64,000 bases of DNA from an uncultured Flavobacteriales bacterium (GCA_963814325.1 CAWFCK010000017.1:140021-204020), one strand, 5' to 3'. Counted from the first letter of the stretch, positions 9,765 through 18,516 are shown. Numbers and translations: made by a program. The notes: generated by a model from the letters alone, not told the origin.

Positions 9765-10704
9765 AGAGCGTTTGTGGTGCGGTCTGTTGTACGAGCTTGA
9801 TGGCGCCGGCCATCAGCTGTTCGTTCTCTGCTGGAAGCGGTGTCCACTTCGCGAACTTCACCATGTCGGCCATGTGCAGCATGTTGGCCAGTTGCTCGCG
9901 TTGGCCCGCGTTCATCTCGCTCATGCGCAGCGAGGCCAGCAGTTCATCGGTCGTGCTTTCCATGGCGGGCACGTTGAAGCGCTCCTCGATGTAGGCGCGC
10001 AGCACATCGGTCACCTGGCTCTGGTATTCCTTCGTGAGCCCTTGCTGCCACATGTTCTTCCTGTTGATCGCGTCCAATGCCTCCAATGCGCGCACGTGCA
10101 TGGGTTTGATGGTCGGTACAACTTCCTTCCGCTCCTTCGGCTTGCGGGCGCGGCGCACCAGGAAGCGGATCACCGCGGCCAGGATCGCGACCAGCACAGC
10201 GCCTCCTGCCACCCACGACCAGTTCTCGCGCAGCCAGTCCATCCACGAGTAGGGCACCTCGTAGATCTCCTTGATGTCCTTGATGCCCTGGGCGGTGTCC
10301 ACCTGTACCGTATTAACGGTAAGCAGGAGGGCGGTTGTTTCCGTGGTATCGCCGTTGATCACGAACCGCACGGGCGGAATGGCCCAGTAACCGCTGTCCC
10401 ACGAGGTAATGGACAATGTGCGCGTCTGGCGGAAGAGGAACGGATCGCCTTCCTTATTGGGCAGGATCGTGTCCACGCCGCTGTCCTGCACGATGTCGAT
10501 GTGGCCGCTCAGGGTGTCTGTGAAAGCAGGCCAGATGATGTCCGTGGCCTTGCCTTGATCCGCGCGATAGGTCACGCCCAATTCCAATTTCGCCTGCTGG
10601 CCGATGAGGATCTGATCCTTGTCCAGCTTAGCCTCCGGCTTCACGTCCTGCGCTTGCGCAAGGGTACCGCATGCGAGCAGCACGCACAAGGTCACCCAGC
10701 GCAC
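9748..10704 (-). CDS. Bat-operon membrane protein of unknown function (signal peptide, beta-rich ectodomain, one TM helix, helical C-terminus)
   Basis: 318-aa ORF with a GTG start. Signal peptide MRWVTLCVLLACGTLAQAQ and internal TM helix WSWVAGGAVLVAILAAVIRFL. It occupies the position between DUF58 and batA that is usual in Bacteroidota Bat operons, and overlaps the batA start by 17 nt. Confidence 0.7.
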   Translation of the reverse strand: MRWVTLCVLLACGTLAQAQDVKPEAKLDKDQILIGQQAKLELGVTYRADQGKATDIIWPAFTDTLSGHIDIVQDSGVDTILPNKEGDPFLFRQTRTLSITSWDSGYWAIPPVRFVINGDTTETTALLLTVNTVQVDTAQGIKDIKEIYEVPYSWMDWLRENWSWVAGGAVLVAILAAVIRFLVRRARKPKERKEVVPTIKPMHVRALEALDAINRKNMWQQGLTKEYQSQVTDVLRAYIEERFNVPAMESTTDELLASLRMSEMNAGQREQLANMLHMADMVKFAKWTPLPAENEQLMAGAIKLVQQTAPQTLYEPRS

Positions 10705-10746
10705 CCGGGCGCAGACCTAGCATGACCATGCACGTGCGAGCGACCG

Positions 10747-11628
10747 TCATCGATCGCGTCGTTTGAAGAGGGTCATGAGCGGCCGCACGTATCCTTCGCG
10801 GGTGCTGATCACGGCATGGTCAACACCGGCCCGGCGCAAGGCATCCTTGGCGCGTGCAGCGAGCTTGAGGGCCTCGGCACGGTAATGTGCACGTACGCGC
10901 TTGTTGTTGGTGTTCACCCAGCGGGTTTCGCTGGTCTCGGGGTCGAGGAACTGGACCAGTCCCATGGCGGGAAGCTCCAGCTCGCGCGGGTCAGTGGTCC
11001 GGAGCACCACGAGGTCATGTTTGCGATTGGCGATCTTCAAGGCATCCTCGTAGCCTTCCGCCATCAGGTCGCTGATCAGGAAGGCGATGCTGCGCTTCTT
11101 GATCACGTTGCTCATGTACTTCAGCGCGCCGGCCACGTCGGTGCCCTTGTGGGTGGGACGGAACTCCAGCAATTCGCGCACGATGCGCAGAATGTGACCC
11201 CGTCCTTTCTTCGGTGGAATGAACAACTCGATGCGGTCGGTGAAGAGGATCAGCCCCACCTTGTCGTTGTTCTGTATCGCGCTGAAGGCGATGGTGGCGC
11301 AGGCTTCGGTGATCAACTCGCGTTTCAGCTGGGCCTCCGTGCCGAACTCACCGCTGCCGCTCACGTCGGCCATCAGCATCACCGTGAGCTCGCGTTCCTC
11401 GTCGAACACCTTGATGTGCGGACGGCCGCTGCGCGCGGTCACGTTCCAGTCGATGGTGCGCACCTCATCGCCGGGCACATATTCGCGCACCTCGCTGAAG
11501 GCCATACCTCGCCCCTTGAAGGCGCTGTGGTATTCGCCGCTGAAGATGTGGTTGCTGAGACCGCGCGTTTTCAGCTCGATCAAACGCACCTTCTTCAGGA
11601 GGTCCTTGGTATGTTGTGCTGTTTGCAT
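10747..11628 (-). CDS. DUF58-family protein (MoxR-associated, VWA-like)
   Basis: ORF 10747-11661. ATG 11628 gives MQTAQHTKDLLKKVRLIELKTRG... Typical DUF58 blocks are present: GEYHSAFKGRGMAFSEVREYVPGDEVRTIDWNVTAR and MLMADVSGS. It lies directly downstream of moxR. Confidence 0.88.
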   Translation of the reverse strand: MQTAQHTKDLLKKVRLIELKTRGLSNHIFSGEYHSAFKGRGMAFSEVREYVPGDEVRTIDWNVTARSGRPHIKVFDEERELTVMLMADVSGSGEFGTEAQLKRELITEACATIAFSAIQNNDKVGLILFTDRIELFIPPKKGRGHILRIVRELLEFRPTHKGTDVAGALKYMSNVIKKRSIAFLISDLMAEGYEDALKIANRKHDLVVLRTTDPRELELPAMGLVQFLDPETSETRWVNTNNKRVRAHYRAEALKLAARAKDALRRAGVDHAVISTREGYVRPLMTLFKRRDR

Positions 11629-11693
11629 GTGAGTGCTGCGCGCTGGATAGCGGGAAGGCAATGCCCCTGCCCCTGCGCAACTGCCTCCTGATC

Positions 11694-12725
11694 TCAGGGA
11701 ACCTCCACCGTGTTCAGCACGCGGTCGATGATCTCCTTCACGGTGATGTTCTCGGCTTCGGCCTCGTAGGTGAGCCCGATGCGGTGACGCATGACGTCGG
11801 GTGCCACGGCGCGCACGTCCTCGGGGATCACATAACCCCGATGCTTGATGAAGGCGAAGGCCTTGGCGGCAAGTGCGATGTTGATGCTGGCGCGCGGACT
11901 GCCGCCGAAGCTGATCAGGCTGGTGAGGTCGCCCAGTTTGTACATGTCCGGTTTGCGCGTGGCGTACACCAGGTCCACGATGTACTGCTCGATCTTCTCG
12001 TCCATGTACACCTCACGCACCAAGTGTCGGGCATGCACGATGTCCTGCGGGCCGATCACCTTCTGCACGGCCGTCATGCCATCAGGACGTGTGTTCTGGC
12101 GGATGATCAGTTTCTCCTCCTCCTTTCGCGGATAGTCGAGCACCACCTTCAGCATGAAGCGGTCGGTCTGCGCCTCTGGTAGGGGGTAGGTGCCTTCCTG
12201 CTCGATCGGGTTCATGGTGGCCAGCACCAGGAAGGGCTCGGGCAGCTTGTGGGTGGTCTGACCGATGGTGACCTGGCGTTCCTGCATGGCCTCCAGCAGG
12301 GCGCTCTGCACCTTGGCCGGTGCCCGGTTGATCTCGTCGGCGAGGATGAAGTTGCTGAAGATGGGTCCCTTCTTCACGGTGAACTCCTCGTTGCGCTGGC
12401 TGTATACCAGCGTTCCGATCAGGTCGGCGGGCAGCAGGTCCGGGGTGAACTGGATGCGGCTGAAGGCCACGTCGATGGCCTGGCTGAGGGTTTTAACGGC
12501 CAGCGTCTTCGCCAGGCCGGGCATGCCTTCCAGCAGGATGTGGCCATCGGCCAGCAGCGCCACCAGGAGCTTCTGCACCATGTCCTTCTGGCCCACGATC
12601 ACGCGGGACATTTCGCCGTCGATCAGGTCCACGAACGAACTGGCTTGTTGGATGCGCTCATTCAGCGCGCGGATGCTGTCGGAGGTGGTGCCCGCGGTGG
12701 GGGTCGCGGAGGGGGTGGTTTCCAT
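11694..12725 (-). CDS. moxR: MoxR-family AAA+ ATPase
   Basis: ORF 11694-12959; the conserved protein starts at ATG 12725 (METTPS...). Walker A-region LLEGMPGLAKT, Walker B FILADEINRA, plus ..ATMNPIEQEGTYPLPEAQTDRF... The upstream extension of the ORF has no coding-like sequence. Confidence 0.92.
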   Translation of the reverse strand: METTPSATPTAGTTSDSIRALNERIQQASSFVDLIDGEMSRVIVGQKDMVQKLLVALLADGHILLEGMPGLAKTLAVKTLSQAIDVAFSRIQFTPDLLPADLIGTLVYSQRNEEFTVKKGPIFSNFILADEINRAPAKVQSALLEAMQERQVTIGQTTHKLPEPFLVLATMNPIEQEGTYPLPEAQTDRFMLKVVLDYPRKEEEKLIIRQNTRPDGMTAVQKVIGPQDIVHARHLVREVYMDEKIEQYIVDLVYATRKPDMYKLGDLTSLISFGGSPRASINIALAAKAFAFIKHRGYVIPEDVRAVAPDVMRHRIGLTYEAEAENITVKEIIDRVLNTVEVP

Positions 12726-12853
12726 GTATCCAGGTTTCGTTGAGGCGGCGAATATTGAACGCAAAGGTCGACGGATGGATGCAGTGGTAGGGGGCTTTTC
12801 CCAGTTAACGTGTGTTAAGCCGGAATATTCAGGGTTGACGGTACATTCGGCCC

Positions 12854-13266
12854 ATGCCCAGCCCCGAAAACACCCTGCAGTTGCGCCAGGTAATCGATCA
12901 TGTGCGCGACTTCCACGATGCCTTCCGGATCCCAATGCCGACGGCCCCATCGGCCCCATCGGCGAGCGCGATGCGCTGCTCCGCTACACCCTGATGCGCG
13001 AGGAGAACGAGGAGTACCTCGAAGCGGCGAACAAGGGCGACCTGGTGGAGGTGGCCGACGCGCTGGGCGATATGCTCTACATCCTCTGCGGCACCATCCT
13101 GAAGCACGGGCTCCAGCACAAGATCGAAGAGGTCTTCCTGGAGATCCAGCGCAGCAACATGAGCAAGCTCGATGCGGACGGAAGGCCCATCTACCGCGAA
13201 GATGGGAAGGTGTTGAAGAGCGAGCGCTACTTCCGGCCGGACATCGCCGCGATACTTGCGCAATGA
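12854..13266 (+). pseudogene. MazG-like nucleotide pyrophosphohydrolase family protein, frame interrupted once (possibly an assembly error)
   Basis: ATG 12854 gives MPSPENTLQLRQVIDHVRDFHDAFRIP. The conserved continuation NADGPIGPIGERDALLRYTLMREENEEYLEAANKGDLVEVADALGDMLYILCGT..QRSNMSKL is one frame over. The switch is at the CCC run 12931-12933. A 9-bp tandem duplication GGCCCCATC x2 lies at 12943-12960. Confidence 0.75.
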
Positions 13267-13592
13267 TCTCGCTTGGCTTGAACCAGTTTGAACCTGAAGG
13301 AAGGATCCGTTATCAGGTTCTGGAGATCCTCGCCGAGGTCCAGGATTTGTTGGATCTGGAAAGCAATCATCTCACCCATTCGGGTTGGAGTTCAAAAGAG
13401 GAGGCCAAGGCGGAATGGGGGGATCTGATAAGAAGATTCAAGGACGGGTCGACCGATGTCATCTCCGATATTCGCATGTTCTTTATGCCAACCGGTCCTT
13501 TGCAGGAGGTCAGCTTGAGTGGATGGAGTGATCGTTACCTTGAACTTGCCGCTCAAATGGACAAACTCACCGCCCAACACCGCTTTGACTGA
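13263..13592 (+). CDS. Hypothetical protein (109 aa)
   Basis: ATG 13263 overlaps the MazG-like stop (ATGA), and its stop at 13590-13592 shares a base with the next start (TGATG). GC looks slightly lower here. No motif recognised. Confidence 0.5.
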   Translation: MISLGLNQFEPEGRIRYQVLEILAEVQDLLDLESNHLTHSGWSSKEEAKAEWGDLIRRFKDGSTDVISDIRMFFMPTGPLQEVSLSGWSDRYLELAAQMDKLTAQHRFD

Positions 13593-14099
13593 TGCAACTG
13601 GCCCCCTTGCTTCAAAAAGCCCGCACCTCCCGCATTGCCCGCTGGTGGCTCAACGGCCTATTACGCTGGATGATCCCCTTCAACCGTCCGCATGGGTTCA
13701 AGGTGACGCCCTTGCAAGCGGGGGGCATCCGCGTGGATATCCCGTATTGGCGCATCAACCACAACCACATCAAGGGCATCCACGCTTGCGCCTTGGCGAC
13801 CGCCGCTGAATACTGCAGTGGTCTGGCCTTGCTCGAGAAGCTTGACGCGAAGCAGTACCGGCTGATCGATGAAGACCCTGCATATGGATTACCACTACCA
13901 GGCCAAGGCCCGGGCTCATGCGGTGTTCGCTCCGGCAGCGGATGAAATTGCCGCGCAGGTGAAGGGTCCGCTTGCCTCGAATGACGCTGTTCTGTACACG
14001 GCCGTGGTGGAGTTGCATGATGTGAAGCAGAACCACTTGGCCACCGGGCGCATCACCTGGCAGGTTAAGGAGTGGAGCAAGGTGCGGACGAAGGTGTAG
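13592..14099 (+). pseudogene. DUF4442 / hot-dog-fold thioesterase-like protein, frame interrupted once
   Basis: ORFs 13592-13945 and 13869-14099 join across about 13868 (..LDAKQYRLI|MKTLHMDYHYQAKARA..). The N-terminal part WWLNGLLRWMIPFNRPHGFKV and ..IKGIHACALATAAEYCSG.. are typical of DUF4442. Confidence 0.65.
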
Positions 14100-14100
14100 G

Positions 14101-14928
14101 CTACGGATCGAGCAAGCCCACCAGATGGTCCAACCGGTCCGTTTGGATGATCTCCGGGTTCAGATCGATCGCGCGCTCATTGTCCGCCTTGCTGATCGCG
14201 TTCCACACGGCCACCCAATACCCTTCGGCATGGGCAACACCCACCTGCTCGGCGCTCACTTTGTTCATGTCGATGGAGATGCCGTACAACCCCAACGACC
14301 GGGCGACCGCGATACCGGTGGTGAAGTCCGGCGGATAGATGAACAGCTTCAGGCCTGGCCGACGCGTCTGAAGCATCGACAGGAACTCCGGGCTCTGTGA
14401 TTCAATGTACAACCGGTCTCCGAACACACCGCTGTCCAGCAAGCGGATCAAGGCATTCACATAGATAGCGAAGTAGGTGGCATCGGGCGTACCGGAAGGA
14501 TTGAGCTTGATGTCGAGCGACACGGCGCGGTCACGCACGTCCACGGTTGAGAAGAACTGATCGAGCGCACACAGGCGATGTTCGGTGTACGGCACGCCGG
14601 TGAAGCGCGCCTCCTGCAGTTCGGCCCACGTGTGGTCCCACACACGCCCGCTCATGGTGGTGCCCTCGCTCAGGTCCGGCGAGTGGTAGGCAACCAACAC
14701 GCTGTCGCGCGTGAGCTGCACATCCAGCTCGGTGCCATCGCCACCGCTGTTCAAGCACATCAGCAGGCTCGCTGGCGAATCAAGCGGGTAGGTGCTCATG
14801 ATCCCCATGCCTCCATGGCCCAGCGCCACCACCTCGCCGCCGTTGAGGTTCTGGATGTCCAGTTCCTCTTTCTTGCATGCTCCGAGCAATGCAAGGCAGA
14901 GGATCAGGGAGACGGTCCTGTGGCCCAT
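14101..14928 (-). CDS. Glycerophosphodiester phosphodiesterase family lipoprotein
   Basis: Lipoprotein-type signal LILCLALLGAC. GDPD-like blocks are present: VVALGHGG, GTELDVQLTRDSVLVAYHSPDL and IQTDRLDHL. Confidence 0.75.
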   Translation of the reverse strand: MGHRTVSLILCLALLGACKKEELDIQNLNGGEVVALGHGGMGIMSTYPLDSPASLLMCLNSGGDGTELDVQLTRDSVLVAYHSPDLSEGTTMSGRVWDHTWAELQEARFTGVPYTEHRLCALDQFFSTVDVRDRAVSLDIKLNPSGTPDATYFAIYVNALIRLLDSGVFGDRLYIESQSPEFLSMLQTRRPGLKLFIYPPDFTTGIAVARSLGLYGISIDMNKVSAEQVGVAHAEGYWVAVWNAISKADNERAIDLNPEIIQTDRLDHLVGLLDP

Positions 14929-14931
14929 GGA

Positions 14932-15432
14932 TCAAAAGGTATGGCCGATCGATGCACCGCCCCAATGCCGCCAGGTGCCGAACTCGATGATGGGGGTGTA
15001 GGTGGCGCGCAGCAGCCAGCCATTACGCGGATTCAGGTAGCGCCCACCTATGGCGAGCCAACCCTGTATTTCGCCTCGCCTCGCAGGCGTGAAGTCCTCT
15101 GGATCCGGATACACGATGCTGGTGAACGCCACACCACCACTTGCCTCGGCTTGAAAGCGTTCACCGTAACAGAACACGGCACCGATCGGGAAAAGCATAT
15201 CCGGGTTGAATCGGCGGGTGAAGTCGTGCACATGGATCGTGCTGATCCCCATGCGGGCGCTGGTCGTGAACAGGTCCTTGTGCCATACGCTTCGTTCGTA
15301 GTTGAGCGAACCCAAGCCGCCGGTGCCCAAAGCCTCGAGGTAGAGGCTGTTCTGCTTCGGCGCCAGCGTATCGTGCTGCCCGAAAGCGGGTGCCAGGCCA
15401 GCGCTCAGCACAACGACCAGCCACCACCTCAT
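14932..15432 (-). CDS. Small outer-membrane beta-barrel-like hypothetical protein
   Basis: ORF 14932-15588. ATG 15432 gives the signal peptide MRWWLVVVLSAGLAPAFGQ. Alternating-hydrophobic beta strands are present and the C-terminal residue is aromatic (..GHTF). Confidence 0.6.
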   Translation of the reverse strand: MRWWLVVVLSAGLAPAFGQHDTLAPKQNSLYLEALGTGGLGSLNYERSVWHKDLFTTSARMGISTIHVHDFTRRFNPDMLFPIGAVFCYGERFQAEASGGVAFTSIVYPDPEDFTPARRGEIQGWLAIGGRYLNPRNGWLLRATYTPIIEFGTWRHWGGASIGHTF

Positions 15433-16067
15433 CGTCGTGCGATCCGCTTCAGCGTGCTCCACAACACCATGGCCAGCACGGCTCCGCTGAAGGCCAGGCC
15501 CATGTCCTTCTGCGCGTCCCATACATCGCCCTGCGAGCCCAGGTAAGCCGCGCCTTCCGCAGGGAAGAACACGTCCGCCACGGCCCACTCGATCAGCTCA
15601 TACGCTGCGCTGAAGCTCATGGTGATCTCCACCGGAAGCACCCAGCACACCCAGTTGGGCCAGCGGAAGTGGTTCTTGAAGTAGTCGCGCATCGGGTAGG
15701 CCAGCAGGAAACCGAAGCTGAAGTGAACGATGCGGTCGTAATGGTTCCGCGCGCCGTGCAGCAGGTCGCTCAGGCAATAGCCGAGCGGATTCTCGGCATA
15801 GGTGTACATGGCGCCGTAGATGTGCAGCAGGATGTACACGAACATCATCGTGTAGCTCAGGTCGCTGAACTTGAAGCGCCGATGTGTAAGGGTGAGCCCT
15901 GCAAGAAAAAGGAAGGTCAGCGTATTCTCGGTGAACCAGTTGGTGCGGTTCGGCGTGCCTAGGTAGGTGTAGGTCCAGAAGGCGAGGAAGACCACCAGGT
16001 AAGCGCGCAAAAGGCGGCTGCCTTGGAAGGACACGCGGGTGGGAGAGGAGGCGGTGGTGAACACCAT
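15429..16067 (-). CDS. DUF2238 (YjdF-like) inner-membrane protein
   Basis: 212-aa polytopic membrane ORF with YjdF-like blocks: NWFTENTLTFLF, YTMMFVYILLHIYGAMYTY, HYDRIVHFSFGFLLAYP and GSQGDVWDAQKDM. Confidence 0.75.
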   Translation of the reverse strand: MVFTTASSPTRVSFQGSRLLRAYLVVFLAFWTYTYLGTPNRTNWFTENTLTFLFLAGLTLTHRRFKFSDLSYTMMFVYILLHIYGAMYTYAENPLGYCLSDLLHGARNHYDRIVHFSFGFLLAYPMRDYFKNHFRWPNWVCWVLPVEITMSFSAAYELIEWAVADVFFPAEGAAYLGSQGDVWDAQKDMGLAFSGAVLAMVLWSTLKRIARR

Positions 16068-16136
16068 GGGATCAGCGCAGGTTCGTTCGGGTTGGTTGAA
16101 GCAAGGCGATCATCCGCACGCTCGTTCGTGCAAGGA

Positions 16137-16799
16137 TCAGGGTGTGTTCTCCTCTTCCTCTCCGGAACGCTTCGCTCGCCGGGCCTTTCGCTCCTCGTAG
16201 TTCAACAGGCGATAGGTGAGGTGGATACCGAATACCAGGTTCTGCGCTCGTATCACACGGTCGAAGGGCGTTACGCTGCTCTGCCCGCGCAGTTCCCAGC
16301 TCCAGCGCTCGCCGGCATTGCCCAAGCCTATCGCAAGGCTCCATTGCATGCGGCGAACGTTCGGTTGGTTCAGGTTGTACATGAAGTCCGTTACCACGTT
16401 GCCATCCTGTACCACCTTGTACCGCCCGCTGATCCAATAGGCCGGGATCACCCCGCCGGTAAGGAAATAGCCAATGCGTGCCGTGTCCAGGTCCAGCTTC
16501 AACAGGACAGGCATTTCAAGGTAGCGCTGCGTGATGAAGGTGTTGATCCTTAACGGTGCGTTCTGCGTCCACGACCCCTTGCTCATGATGGTGGGCTCGA
16601 TCAGGATGCCCACTTGGTGCGTGTAGGGGATCTCCCAACTGTAACCGATGATCGGTCCGAACTTCGGCAGACCCTGCCATTGCAGGAACTGTCCGGCTGT
16701 CTGTGTGGCGATGGCGAGGCCGATGCGGGGGCCTTGGCGGACCTGTGCGCAGATCAGGAGCGGAATGAACAAGGCGGTGAGCGACGTGCGAGTTCTCAT
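16137..16799 (-). CDS. Outer-membrane beta-barrel (porin-family) protein
   Basis: Signal peptide MRTRTSLTALFIPLLICAQ. The beta-strand pattern includes YLEMPVLLKLDL and a charged C-terminal tail. Confidence 0.65.
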   Translation of the reverse strand: MRTRTSLTALFIPLLICAQVRQGPRIGLAIATQTAGQFLQWQGLPKFGPIIGYSWEIPYTHQVGILIEPTIMSKGSWTQNAPLRINTFITQRYLEMPVLLKLDLDTARIGYFLTGGVIPAYWISGRYKVVQDGNVVTDFMYNLNQPNVRRMQWSLAIGLGNAGERWSWELRGQSSVTPFDRVIRAQNLVFGIHLTYRLLNYEERKARRAKRSGEEEENTP

Positions 16800-16849
16800 G
16801 GCAAGTGGTGCGAAGTTGTGGAGGAACCGGCCAGCCTCACCTTTGCCAT

Positions 16850-17353
16850 GTGAAGATCGTCAGCACCCCGCGGTTGATACTGCGCGAGTTCACGCTCGCC
16901 GACGCCCCGGAGTTCTTCGCACTGAACGCCGATCCCGAGGTGATGCGTTACACCGGTGACAAGCCGTTCACATCCATTCAGGACGCAGAGGACCTGATCA
17001 GGGGATACCATTGCTACCGCACGGACGGCTATGGTCGCTGGACCGTGGTGCGGTCGGTCGATGGGGCAGTGCTCGGTTGGTGCGGCCTGCGCAAACAGGC
17101 ATCCGGCGATGTGGATCTCGGCTATCGTTTGCACCGGACGTTCTGGGGGCAGGGCTACGCAACAGAAGCCGCCCTCGTTTCCATGCGCATCGGCTTCGAG
17201 CAATTCAAGCTGCCACAGATCATCGGCCGTGTGGCGCGGGCCAACGTGGGAAGCATCCGCGTATTGGAAAAGTGTGGGCTGCGCTACTGGAAGGAGGCCG
17301 GATCGGAGTGCAACATCGCGGATGCCATGATCTATGTCACCCCATTCCAATAG
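16850..17353 (+). CDS. GNAT-family N-acetyltransferase (RimJ/RimL-like)
   Basis: ORF 16805-17353; the likely start is GTG 16850 (VKIVSTPRLILREFTLADAPEFFALNADPEVMRYTGD). The acetyl-CoA pocket block is FWGQGYATEAA. Confidence 0.8.
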   Translation: MKIVSTPRLILREFTLADAPEFFALNADPEVMRYTGDKPFTSIQDAEDLIRGYHCYRTDGYGRWTVVRSVDGAVLGWCGLRKQASGDVDLGYRLHRTFWGQGYATEAALVSMRIGFEQFKLPQIIGRVARANVGSIRVLEKCGLRYWKEAGSECNIADAMIYVTPFQ

Positions 17354-17359
17354 AATATC

Positions 17360-17413
17360 ATTCGTCGAATGTCAATAGCTATTCGTCGAAGAAATATGGC
17401 CATTCGTCTTGAC
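17360..17413 (+). promoter_or_regulatory. Three direct repeats ATTCGTC(G/T)(A/T)(A/G) at exactly 21-bp phasing; the third overlaps a TTGACA box
   Basis: ATTCGTCGAA at 17360-17369 and 17381-17390, ATTCGTCTTGA at 17402-17412, and TTGACA at 17408-17413. This is the most AT-rich stretch of the intergenic region. Confidence 0.45.
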
Positions 17414-17459
17414 ATCCGAAGCGTGTTCATGGAATCTTGCTGCCACAAAACGAGAACAC

Positions 17460-17627
17460 ATGTGGCCAGTGATGACACTCACGCTTCTCCTGCAGCTTAC
17501 GGACGATGAGCAGTTGTATGCTACCGCCCCGGTAGAGCCGCAGATCACCGCGCCACAAGCGTCAGCCCCAACGCCAGAGGCGCTTCCCGCAGCGCAGTGG
17601 CCCACCGACGAGGAGCCCCAGGCATAA
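17460..17627 (+). CDS. Possible small ORF (55 aa, acidic, Pro/Ala/Gln-rich); coding status uncertain
   Basis: ATG 17460 gives MWPVMTLTLLLQLTDDEQLYATAPVEPQITAPQASAPTPEALPAAQWPTDEEPQA. It lies between the repeat/TTGACA region and a strong terminator. No homolog recognised. Confidence 0.25.
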   Translation: MWPVMTLTLLLQLTDDEQLYATAPVEPQITAPQASAPTPEALPAAQWPTDEEPQA

Positions 17628-17666
17628 GAACACAGTGGTTCGGGTGCATTGGCGCCCGATGATCGT

Positions 17667-17710
17667 GGAACCCCGGCAAATGGAACCGTTGCCGGGGTTC
17701 CCATTTTCTG
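17667..17710 (+). terminator. Rho-independent terminator
   Basis: Perfect 13-bp stem GGAACCCCGGCAA (17667-17679) / TTGCCGGGGTTCC (17689-17701) with a 9-nt loop, followed by CATTTTCTGTT. Confidence 0.75.
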
Positions 17711-17769
17711 TTGACAACCTCCAGCCCGCTGCACTGGACAAAAGTTGGTCGATGGTCGACCTTTGAACA

Positions 17770-18516
17770 ATGAAGCAACAACTACGCATCAGCCTGCTCG
17801 CCGTTCATGCATGCCTCGCCACCGCGGCCATGGCGCAATGCTCCACGAGCCTTCCGACCGATAGCGTTACGCTCTTTTACGGATATGAGCCCATGGCCTG
17901 TGCCACGCTCACGCCCGCGGTCACCGGTACGGCGCCATTCACTTTTGCCTGGAGCAACGGCGCTACCGATCCATCGATCACCATCTGCGATCAGGGGTCG
18001 TCCGTGTATTATGTCACCGTCACGGATGCCGATGGTTGCGTTTCATCGGACACTGTGCTCGTTCACGTGATCGACGTGCGTTGCGGCAACAACCTGCAGA
18101 AGGTGGCCGTGTGCCACATTCCACCCGGCAACCCTGCCAACGCACATACCATCTGCATCAGTGAGAACGGTGTGCCCGCCCACCTGGCCCACGGCTGCCA
18201 CTTGGGTGCATGCACGGCGGATACCATGGAGGTGGATAGCATGGACACCGGCGAAATGCAGATGTACGTGAGCCCGAACCCCATGTCCGAGGATGCTCAG
18301 GTGGTGGTGGCCGCTCGTGAACGGCAGGAGGTGATCGTTACGGTAGTGGACGCCATGGGCCGCACGCGCATGGTCGTGTTCGCGGGAACCATCGAGGCCG
18401 GTACAACGAAGCAGTGGTCGTTGGTGGGCAGCGAACTGGATGTTGATCTTTTCTGGGTGCGCTGCTCCAGCACGTCCGGTGCGCGACTTTCCCAGCAGAT
18501 CATCCGGGTGAAATAG
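17770..18516 (+). CDS. Cys-rich secreted protein with a T9SS type-A C-terminal sorting domain
   Basis: Signal peptide MKQQLRISLLAVHACLATAAMAQ. Contains the motif KVAVCHIPPGNPANAHTICISENGVPAHLAHGCHLGAC. The C-terminus MYVSPNPMSEDAQVVV..VTVVDAMGRT..LFWVRC..QQIIRVK fits the Por secretion tail pattern. Confidence 0.8.
   Translation: MKQQLRISLLAVHACLATAAMAQCSTSLPTDSVTLFYGYEPMACATLTPAVTGTAPFTFAWSNGATDPSITICDQGSSVYYVTVTDADGCVSSDTVLVHVIDVRCGNNLQKVAVCHIPPGNPANAHTICISENGVPAHLAHGCHLGACTADTMEVDSMDTGEMQMYVSPNPMSEDAQVVVAARERQEVIVTVVDAMGRTRMVVFAGTIEAGTTKQWSLVGSELDVDLFWVRCSSTSGARLSQQIIRVK

Noticed and set aside
12265-12853. The N-terminal 195 codons of ORF 12265-13266 as part of the MazG-like gene.
   Set aside because: This stretch is antisense to moxR and has no coding-like sequence. 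The conserved MazG-like N-terminus is found in another frame from ATG 12854.
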